From positions 64,001 to 128,000 of the IMG/VR virus record IMGVR_UViG_2902759955_000002: a DNA stretch of 64,000 nucleotides; one strand, given 5' to 3'. Both the position numbers and the translations under genes were made by a program. The notes beneath the pieces are model-generated. The model did not search any database, was not told where the DNA came from, and saw only the letters and a program-made list of their open reading frames with translations. Origin of the DNA: a virus (lineage: Duplodnaviria; Caudoviricetes). How positions within the stretch are numbered: position 1 is the first letter of the stretch; each line of letters begins with the position of its first letter. Shown here piece by piece: positions 56,607 to 64,000 of the stretch.

Positions 56607-58925
56607 TTACTGCGATGTGGGCGGCGTATAGACCAGACCACTCAGCGTGGAGACCGGAAACACGTCGGTGATCTGCGCAATGGGCGTGTTGGCGGTGTTG
56701 TAGTTGGGGGAATAGACATCCACCAACGATTCAATCTGCTGCTCGGGCGTGAGCGCGAGCCACAGGTCCAGCCCCAGAACCGGGCGCAGCCCCCGGCTAT
56801 TCGTCGGCAGGGGCGTGGCGGGACGCACTCCGATGCTCGCGATCGGCGCAATGCTGGTGACAAACGTGGGATGTTTGACGGGCCAGACTGTGTTCGCCAC
56901 CGGGTGGTGAATCGTCGTGACGGCGGACGCACCAAGCATCTCGTTTGTCGCGGAGTTGATGTCGTAGCTAAGCTCGACTGAGCCGGTCACCGTCTCACCA
57001 ATCACATCCGCGGTCGTGTTGCCGTCGTAAATGACCGCCCCGGCTTCCGTATCCACATCCCCCACGCGCACCATCGGCCAGTCGATGTCTTCGATGGTCG
57101 AGGTATTGATCGAACTCAGGTATTGCACGGAGTAGCTGGAGAGCTTCTCCATGATCCCGAGCATCGCCGCCTGGATGTTGGCAAGGGTCGTCGCGGAGTC
57201 GAGCGTCAGACCCGTTGCCGCTTCGATGAAGCTCTTGTAGAGCGACTCGTAATCGGCCGCCCCGAATGTCGACACGTCGATGTTGCGTGAATCGAACCAC
57301 TCAGCGTACGTCTGGCCCGCACTGTCGCCCATCTGAATCCCGCAATCAGCGTAGATGCGCTCCACCATCCCGTAGACCATCCCACGGCGAACGTAGTGCT
57401 CCTGGAGGGCAACATAGCCGCGCTGATTGTTGGCCGCTGTCCAGATCTGGCTTGCTGCCGCATAGAACGACGTCACCGAAATCATCGGCACGATCGCGGG
57501 CGTCCAGCTCAAGACGTCCTCAGCCATATCTTGTGTCACGAGACTCGTGTCGACCACGGACATCAGGTCGGACACACTGGGGGTCGGTATGCGCTGCACG
57601 CGCTTGGCGGTTACCAATGGCACCGGCTCGTCGGTCAGGTCGATCCCAAACGACTGGCAGTAGCAGTACCACATGAAGACGTAGCCGTCCTTCGCATTCA
57701 TCGGGACGATGGCATCGCCCGTCACCGGGTTGTCCACGACGATATAGGCCGTGTAGAGGCCCTGGCTGCTGAACCAGAGCCAGTGATGCAGAAGGATGTC
57801 CTCGAGCTTGTAAGGCGTCGAGTCCGACTCATCGATCATCTGCGAGCTGAGCACCTTCGTCTGGAGCGAGTTCGATTTGCTGTTCTGCATCGCGAACTGG
57901 ATATCTGACTCGACGAGGGTTTGAATGGTTGCGTTGTCGGTGGCTTCACCTGCCTCGTTGGTGAGCATCGTGTCGAGCGTCCACGTCGTATCCGGCACGA
58001 GGTTGTAGCCGAGATTGAGCGGGGTTGCCTCGAAGGTGATGGTCGGCACCAGTGAGGTCGTCGGCATTAACGACAGATCGTGCTTCATCAGGTACGCCGC
58101 AAGGGGCACATTGCGTGGCGTCAGGATCTGGGCGATCAGCGTCTGGAACGTCTCCTGACGCCCGCAGTTGCGCTCCAGGTAGTTGATGTTCCGGTAAAGC
58201 CACATCGACTGCGAAAGCGTGAGCTGCGGGATGTATTCATCCAGCCCTAGGTGCGAGGCGAGGTATTGCTGCACGTGATAGCTGTGTGCTTCAGCCGTCC
58301 CGCAGGCTTCAAGTCGGAACGTCATGATGGCCATGAACAGGCCGAGATACATGTTGGCCAACTGGATCGTCGGGTAAAGCGCGTCACTGATCGCGTACTG
58401 CGGATTGATCCAGCGCTGCTTGAACCCTGTCACCCAGTTTTGCAGCTTCGCAATGAGGCTGTATTCATTCTCGTCCACATAGGTGGATGGATAGCCGAGG
58501 ATCGTGCCGTCATCGGCGTCGATCGCCGTCGTGATGTCCACGGGATAGATGATCCCGAGAATCAGCGATACCTGCGCCGGATACATCGCCACTAGCGCGA
58601 GGTATTCACGCGTGCCGTACACATAAGCCGCAGCCGTTGCTGTGTGAATCGTCAGGTTCGCCACCGTGAAGTCAATGACCTCCATGGTGTCGAGTGACGT
58701 GACCGTCATCATCGTGTCGGTGAAATGGTACTGCCCCGAGATGTTCATGTAGTACTTCCATGTCGTCGGGTCGGTTTCGTCCACGTAGGACGCTCCGTAG
58801 TAGTCCGTCACGTATTGATTGAGGCCATCCACACTCTCCTGCGACTTGATGGCCATTGTTGCAGCCAGGCTCTGGCAGTCACTGACATAGAGCGAATAAA
58901 CGTTACTGGAATTGGTGGATGCCAC
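56607..58925 (-). CDS. baseplate wedge-like structural protein (gp128-like)
   Basis: WKYYMNISGQYH, SLDT, EAHSYH...YLASH, LYRNI.YL, LSSYSVQ. Confidence 0.75.
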   Translation of the reverse strand: MASTNSSNVYSLYVSDCQSLAATMAIKSQESVDGLNQYVTDYYGASYVDETDPTTWKYYMNISGQYHFTDTMMTVTSLDTMEVIDFTVANLTIHTATAAAYVYGTREYLALVAMYPAQVSLILGIIYPVDITTAIDADDGTILGYPSTYVDENEYSLIAKLQNWVTGFKQRWINPQYAISDALYPTIQLANMYLGLFMAIMTFRLEACGTAEAHSYHVQQYLASHLGLDEYIPQLTLSQSMWLYRNINYLERNCGRQETFQTLIAQILTPRNVPLAAYLMKHDLSLMPTTSLVPTITFEATPLNLGYNLVPDTTWTLDTMLTNEAGEATDNATIQTLVESDIQFAMQNSKSNSLQTKVLSSQMIDESDSTPYKLEDILLHHWLWFSSQGLYTAYIVVDNPVTGDAIVPMNAKDGYVFMWYCYCQSFGIDLTDEPVPLVTAKRVQRIPTPSVSDLMSVVDTSLVTQDMAEDVLSWTPAIVPMISVTSFYAAASQIWTAANNQRGYVALQEHYVRRGMVYGMVERIYADCGIQMGDSAGQTYAEWFDSRNIDVSTFGAADYESLYKSFIEAATGLTLDSATTLANIQAAMLGIMEKLSSYSVQYLSSINTSTIEDIDWPMVRVGDVDTEAGAVIYDGNTTADVIGETVTGSVELSYDINSATNEMLGASAVTTIHHPVANTVWPVKHPTFVTSIAPIASIGVRPATPLPTNSRGLRPVLGLDLWLALTPEQQIESLVDVYSPNYNTANTPIAQITDVFPVSTLSGLVYTPPTSQ

Positions 58926-58959
58926 GAGGTTGTCCCCAGGAATACAAAAGAGGTTTGCA

Positions 58960-61900
58960 ATGACGTCAAATGCTTATAAAAGCGCCATTGAATTGGCGGG
59001 AAGCGGTAAGAAGTTTCCCGTCATGCAGATGGTTCGGCAGGACCCGGGGATGGCAGCAACTATTGCCAAGCTAGTGCCGTCGCAGCACCCCACGCAGTAC
59101 GACAACGCGGGTAACCGTGAGGTCACGCAGCCCAATCTGTACAACTTCCGCAATACCGCTGAGCAGACCGCGCAGAACGTCAACGACGCTGAAACGGTCA
59201 TGCAGTTGCTGCCGGACATGGAGCTGGCCCAACAGATTCTGGTGTCGAGCGTGGGCTCTCCCAAGGACATGATGTCGTTGGAGTTGACCTACACACCGCC
59301 AGAGGGGCTGATGGCCTCCGATGTCAGCTCGGCTTTAATCGAGCGATATCGGCAGCACTTTGAACAAGTCCATAAAATAAAGCCGCTCATCCCCAAGATG
59401 CTGCGCGATATGCTGTTCGCAACCGGCTCGTATGCGATCGCCGTCATCCCGGAAAACTCGGTCGACGAAGTGATCAACGGGCAGGTGCGGCTGTCGATGG
59501 AGTCCCTCGCGGATCATCTGTATCCGGACGGTACGGTGAAAACCGTGGGGCTGCTGGGACCGGTACAAACCGAACAGCCCACTGAGACACGGCGCGCCGT
59601 GGGTGTCTCGATGGAGTCCTTCACGGACTACCGTTACGACACCAACAAGGACGTTGGTCAGGTGCGTTTTGAGAGTTCGCTGAAGTCGCCGCTGCACACA
59701 AGTGACGTGTTCCTGACCGTCACGGACAATCCGACGGTGCTCAAGGTCCCGCAGATCAATGCGAAGATCCGCGAGCAACGCATCATGCAAGCGATTGGTT
59801 CGAGTGCGCTGGAGTCGATCGGTTTTGGCCAGCAGTCGCTGACCAAGATGAACGACCGGGAACTCACAGGTCTGCTCTATCGCAACAAGACCTATGGTTA
59901 CCAGCCAGTGGCCACCGTCAAGACGCAGGAGCAGCTGTCGCGCCGGATGATCGGCAACCCGATGGTGCTGCACATCCCGTCAGAAGCAGTTATCCCCGTG
60001 CATGTGCCGGGTAGCCCGAAGCATCAGATTGGCTTCTTCGTCTTGCTGGACGTGGATGGTCATCCGGTCGTGCGTCAGGAAATCACGGACAACTACCAGC
60101 AGATGGGGCAGCGCATGTCGACGAGCGGGAATTTCCCCTCGGCCATGCTCACGAAGGTCAAGAGCCAGATGCAGGGCTTTGACATCGGCAACAAGGACCA
60201 CCTGGACTTCAGCTCGCGCGTCTACGGCGAGATGGTGGAGCAGGATCTGTTGGCGCGGCTGCGTAACGGGGTGTACGGACAGGGTGTGGAGTTGGCAAAA
60301 CGCGAAGAGATCTACCGGATCATGTTCTCGCGGGCCTTGGCCAAGCAGCACACTCAGATGCTCTTCATTCCGGTCGAATTCATGACCTACTTTGCGTTGC
60401 GCTTTAGCAAGGACGGGATCGGCGAATCACTGCTCGATGAAATGAAGGTGCTGAACAGCCTGCGCACCATGCTGCTGTTTGCGAACGTGATGGCGGGGAT
60501 CAAGAACTCGATCGGGCGCACGGAAGTGAAGCTCAAGTTCGACGAGGACGATCCCAACCCGGAGAAGACGGCCGAGATTGCGCAGGCTGAAATCATCCGC
60601 AGTCGCCAGAACTTCCTGCCGCTGGGGGTGAATTCACCAGCCGAGTCCGTGGACTTCATCACGCGTGCCGGGTTTGAGTTCACGTACGAAGGGCACCCAG
60701 GCATGCCTGATGTGTCGATTGACTTCGGCGAGAAGAACACGAACTACACACGACCGGATACCGATCTGGAAGATAACCTGCGCAAGCGGGCGATCATGAA
60801 GACGGGTATCCCCCCTGAGACGGTGGATGCGGCCTACCAGCCGGAGTTGGCGACGTCGGTGGTCACCAACAACATCCTCCTGTCCAAGCGCGTCATGCAG
60901 ATCCAGGATGAGTTCCACCCGCAGCTGGCCACCCATATGCGGATCCACGCCATGAACTCCGAGCAGCTCATGACGGATATGAAGGAGATCTTGCGGCAGA
61001 ACTTTGCCAAGATCCGCTTCTCGCGTGAGGACCATGCGACCGCGCGCAATGGTGCGGTCCCCAGTGCAGACACGAAAGTGCATGCGCCGGTGATCGAGGA
61101 AAAGCGCAAGACACCACAGATCAACGATGACCAGAAGGAGTTTCTGATCCAGCAAACGCTGATCGAATTCCTGATGAACATCGAGGTGTCGCTGCCGCGG
61201 CCGAACAGCTCGACGCTGGAAAACCAGGTCACAGCCTTGGAGACGTATATCAAGGCGCTCGACATGGGGTTGGAGGCATGGTTGTCCGAGACCTTCTTCA
61301 CGACGGATACCGCCGGAGATATCGCCGAAAAGATCCAGCCGTTGAAGGAAACGGCCAAGTCATACTTCATCCGGCAGTGGATGTCGGAAAACGGCATGTT
61401 GAGCGAGCTTGCGCAGCTCACGACCACCGGCGAAGATGGCAAGCCGCTGATGGACGTGTTCAAGATCCAGGGCGAGCACATCGAACAGTTGAGCAAGACG
61501 TTCGGTGCGTTCTTCAAGGACATCATGCCACGCATCAATTCGACGAACGCTGAGTTCAAGAAGGTCGAGGACAAGAACACCACGCAGGGCGGTGGCGCTT
61601 CCTCGGGCGGTGGCGACGGAAACAGCGGCGGCGGTGGCGACGACATGTTCGGCGGTGGCGACCAAGGTGGTGAAGGCGGCGGTGGTGATGGCGGCCTCGG
61701 CGACATGCCAGACTTTGGTGGCACGGATGACACGTCCACAGGCGGTACGGGCGAAGAACCGGCGGCAGGCGGCGAAGGAGGCGGGAATGAAGGTGCCAAT
61801 TCGGGTTCGGAAGGGAACGACAACTCGACGAGTGAAAACACCAGCAAGCCCGACAACAACGCCGAAGGCAGCAACGACAGCAATGATGGTGGTGGCGAAG

Positions 61901-62034
61901 GGAACAACGACGCCAACAACGAAGAGCAGTCGCTGAACGCAGGGACGGATGACGAAGACGAGAAGGATAAGGACAAGGACGAGAAGGACAAGGACGACAA
62001 GTCCAAGTCCGACAAGGCCTCGCCGAGTCTCTAA
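58960..62034 (+). CDS. portal protein (gp129-like)
   Basis: QLLPDMELA.QILVSS..SP.DM, IPENSVD, P.EAVIP, SME/ALE sites, acidic Gly-rich tail; divergent from the gp128-like gene. Confidence 0.8.
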   Translation: MTSNAYKSAIELAGSGKKFPVMQMVRQDPGMAATIAKLVPSQHPTQYDNAGNREVTQPNLYNFRNTAEQTAQNVNDAETVMQLLPDMELAQQILVSSVGSPKDMMSLELTYTPPEGLMASDVSSALIERYRQHFEQVHKIKPLIPKMLRDMLFATGSYAIAVIPENSVDEVINGQVRLSMESLADHLYPDGTVKTVGLLGPVQTEQPTETRRAVGVSMESFTDYRYDTNKDVGQVRFESSLKSPLHTSDVFLTVTDNPTVLKVPQINAKIREQRIMQAIGSSALESIGFGQQSLTKMNDRELTGLLYRNKTYGYQPVATVKTQEQLSRRMIGNPMVLHIPSEAVIPVHVPGSPKHQIGFFVLLDVDGHPVVRQEITDNYQQMGQRMSTSGNFPSAMLTKVKSQMQGFDIGNKDHLDFSSRVYGEMVEQDLLARLRNGVYGQGVELAKREEIYRIMFSRALAKQHTQMLFIPVEFMTYFALRFSKDGIGESLLDEMKVLNSLRTMLLFANVMAGIKNSIGRTEVKLKFDEDDPNPEKTAEIAQAEIIRSRQNFLPLGVNSPAESVDFITRAGFEFTYEGHPGMPDVSIDFGEKNTNYTRPDTDLEDNLRKRAIMKTGIPPETVDAAYQPELATSVVTNNILLSKRVMQIQDEFHPQLATHMRIHAMNSEQLMTDMKEILRQNFAKIRFSREDHATARNGAVPSADTKVHAPVIEEKRKTPQINDDQKEFLIQQTLIEFLMNIEVSLPRPNSSTLENQVTALETYIKALDMGLEAWLSETFFTTDTAGDIAEKIQPLKETAKSYFIRQWMSENGMLSELAQLTTTGEDGKPLMDVFKIQGEHIEQLSKTFGAFFKDIMPRINSTNAEFKKVEDKNTTQGGGASSGGGDGNSGGGGDDMFGGGDQGGEGGGGDGGLGDMPDFGGTDDTSTGGTGEEPAAGGEGGGNEGANSGSEGNDNSTSENTSKPDNNAEGSNDSNDGGGEGNNDANNEEQSLNAGTDDEDEKDKDKDEKDKDDKSKSDKASPSL

Positions 62035-62060
62035 GCGTCTCTGAAACCAAAAAAAAGTGA

Positions 62061-62102
62061 CGGCATACGGCCCACACCCGAAAGGGTGTGGGCTTTATGA
62101 CG
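62061..62102. terminator. bidirectional CATA-hairpin-TATG element
   Basis: CGGCATA..GCCCACACCC-GAAA-GGGTGTGGGC..TATGACG. Confidence 0.72.
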
Positions 62103-62112
62103 ATTGCTTGGC

Positions 62113-62517
62113 TTACGCGGCGACGTCTTCGAACTCCACGTCGGTCACATCGTCGGGCAGCGGGGCATTGGCTTCGATGATCTCTTCCACCACGGCCGGG
62201 TCGGTGCCATAGACAACGCTGGCGATGCCCAGCGTGTCCGGATGGTCCACCGCGAAGGCCACGACCTCTTCGGGCGTGGCGATCTGCTTCACAGCGATCG
62301 GTGTGTCGAAGAGCGCCGGGCGTTCGGTGCGAACGAGATCCAGCAGACTCGGGATCTGGCTCACGTTGGCTTCGGTGTCACCTTGGGGCGACTCCACCGT
62401 GATGTCGGTAAAGCCAGCTTCCGTCAGGGCGTTCTGCACGACGCCGTAGACGAGGGCGCTGGTCTCGACGTCGCCGCCTTGGACCAGTACTTCGAGCGGT
62501 GCGTGTTGATTCGACAT
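62113..62517 (-). CDS. acidic hypothetical protein
   Basis: AAGGA RBS, 134 aa. Confidence 0.7.
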   Translation of the reverse strand: MSNQHAPLEVLVQGGDVETSALVYGVVQNALTEAGFTDITVESPQGDTEANVSQIPSLLDLVRTERPALFDTPIAVKQIATPEEVVAFAVDHPDTLGIASVVYGTDPAVVEEIIEANAPLPDDVTDVEFEDVAA

Positions 62518-62614
62518 GTTGCGTTTCCTTGTGGTGATGACAGCTAGGTTGATAAGAAAGACAGGGGCGTCCTTCTGTTGATAAAGGCGTGCAGTAGGAA
62601 TTACCTACCGTCCA

Positions 62615-63001
62615 TCAGGCATCAGTGAGCTGGACATACTCCATCCACTTCTCACCTGAGGGCAGGCTTCGGAAGAATCTGGCAGATTCACGTTCATGCG
62701 GTTCGAGTTCGATGTGTCCCCCGCGCAAGATCGCACCAAAGAGGTAGAAGACGTCGCCCTGTACGGGTGCGCCGTGAGACTCTTCGATGCCGGCGAAGGT
62801 CTCGGTCGATGCCAGCACTTCGTCGTAGAAGAGGGTCGCGAGCCGTCCGCGCTCGGCTTGGATGTGGGTGTGTCGAATACCCGATTGCACGAGTTTCGTG
62901 GTTTCTTCAACGTCGTCTGGCAATGTCACGCCTTTGATGATGTCCAGATCGAGCATCAAATTACTAACGTCTTGCTGGAAGTCACTGCATGAATAAGTCA
63001 T
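62615..63001 (-). CDS. hypothetical protein
   Basis: AAGGAGG RBS. Confidence 0.75.
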   Translation of the reverse strand: MTYSCSDFQQDVSNLMLDLDIIKGVTLPDDVEETTKLVQSGIRHTHIQAERGRLATLFYDEVLASTETFAGIEESHGAPVQGDVFYLFGAILRGGHIELEPHERESARFFRSLPSGEKWMEYVQLTDA

Positions 63002-63015
63002 TGGGCCTCCTTCTG

Positions 63016-63045
63016 GGCATAAAGCGGAGAGCCGAAGCTCCCCGC
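63016..63045 (-). terminator. hairpin + TTTATGCC element
   Basis: Minus strand GCGGGGAGC-TTCG-GCTCTCCGC followed by TTTATGCC. Confidence 0.65.
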
Positions 63046-63052
63046 ATCCTGA

Positions 63053-64000
63053 TTACTTCAACAGGCGGATCACGAACAGCTCGTCGCCCAGGAAGCCCAC
63101 GTCGGCTTCGAGGATCTTGCCATCCAGCGTCTGGATCAACACACGGTCAACCGTCGCACTGAACGACTGCGCTTCTTCCACAGCATCCTTGATCACCTGA
63201 TAGAGCACAGGCGTCTGGCTCTTCAACAGCACGGCCGGGATATCCTTCGCGAATTCGATGGACAACTGATGCGACAGGCAGTTGAGATACGTGAAGCTCA
63301 CGTTCGAGACCAGGAACGTCAACTTTGGCTTCTTGCCCTCGATTTCCGCTTCGCCCAGGATCAATTCCGTCAGGGCGTTGTGCGTGTCTTCGCTTACTGT
63401 TTCGAAGATGCCGCGAATCAGCGTGCGCTGGTTCTGCACGAACGCCTTGAAGATCAACTCGCCCATCGAGTCGTTCAGATACGCGAGCAGATCTTCGATG
63501 TCGTGCGTGAAGGAATCGATGGACACTTCGGTGACGCTCATGTTCAGCGCGAGGACGCGGTTGACCATGTCCGTTGCACGCTTGTTCGCGCGATACCACA
63601 GCGCCGGCGAGACGTCGCCGAATGCATTGTTCAGCGCTTCCTTCAGTTCCAGGAATGTCTCTGCGTCGCGGAAGTTGTCCACGAAGGCCGATTCGTCCTC
63701 CAGACCCACTGCCGCTTCGGTTACCTGAGCGTAGAGGCGGAAGATTTCCGGCTTGACACCGTTCTCGGTCGAGTTGGCCCACTCGACTGCGCCCTTGAGC
63801 CAGCAACCCGCGACCGAGACATCCGCGTACCAGGCTTCACGTACACGCGTGGTGAGCTTGGCCGGGAGTTCTTCCGTGCGTTGCACGCGCTCCTGCTCGA
63901 TTTCGACGACACCGCGGTTCAGATTTTTCATGATCTGATCGGTGTTGGTGAGATCGAGTGATGGGGCCATCGGTCCGAAGGCGCTGCTTGTTTTGTGACG
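63053..64000 (-). CDS. hypothetical protein, 5' end outside the window
   Basis: Frame is open from 64000 to the stop at 63053. Confidence 0.7.
   Translation of the reverse strand, partial: RHKTSSAFGPMAPSLDLTNTDQIMKNLNRGVVEIEQERVQRTEELPAKLTTRVREAWYADVSVAGCWLKGAVEWANSTENGVKPEIFRLYAQVTEAAVGLEDESAFVDNFRDAETFLELKEALNNAFGDVSPALWYRANKRATDMVNRVLALNMSVTEVSIDSFTHDIEDLLAYLNDSMGELIFKAFVQNQRTLIRGIFETVSEDTHNALTELILGEAEIEGKKPKLTFLVSNVSFTYLNCLSHQLSIEFAKDIPAVLLKSQTPVLYQVIKDAVEEAQSFSATVDRVLIQTLDGKILEADVGFLGDELFVIRLLK

Noticed and set aside
60834-62015. 393-aa Pro/Ser-rich minus-strand ORF
   Set aside because: Reverse complement of the low-complexity portal tail

Overview
This 64 kb window is part of a GC-rich phiKZ-like jumbo phage genome (Chimalliviridae-type). 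It contains a gp175-type prohead protease and three virion RNA polymerase subunits: a gp178-like beta interrupted by a group I intron that encodes an HNH homing endonuclease, a gp180-like beta' with the DFDGD motif, and a gp149-like beta C-terminal subunit. It also carries a 2.4k-aa gp181-like tail protein with a GH19 muramidase domain, UvsX/RecA-like, RNase H, SbcC and RuvC genes, a portal, baseplate proteins, four paralogous tail-fibre genes and spanin-like genes. The most notable observations are: (1) the intron 5' end carries an inverted, codon-diverged copy of its own downstream exon (RVNFVSIQ vs RVNFIGIQ), next to a TATG motif inside a hairpin that sequesters the endonuclease RBS; (2) a CGGCATA-hairpin-TATGnCG element lies at all seven convergent gene junctions; (3) the exterior virion proteins are extremely depleted in Lys/Arg. 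phiKZ gp numbers are from recalled motifs and synteny, not from a database search. No tRNA or CRISPR array was seen.
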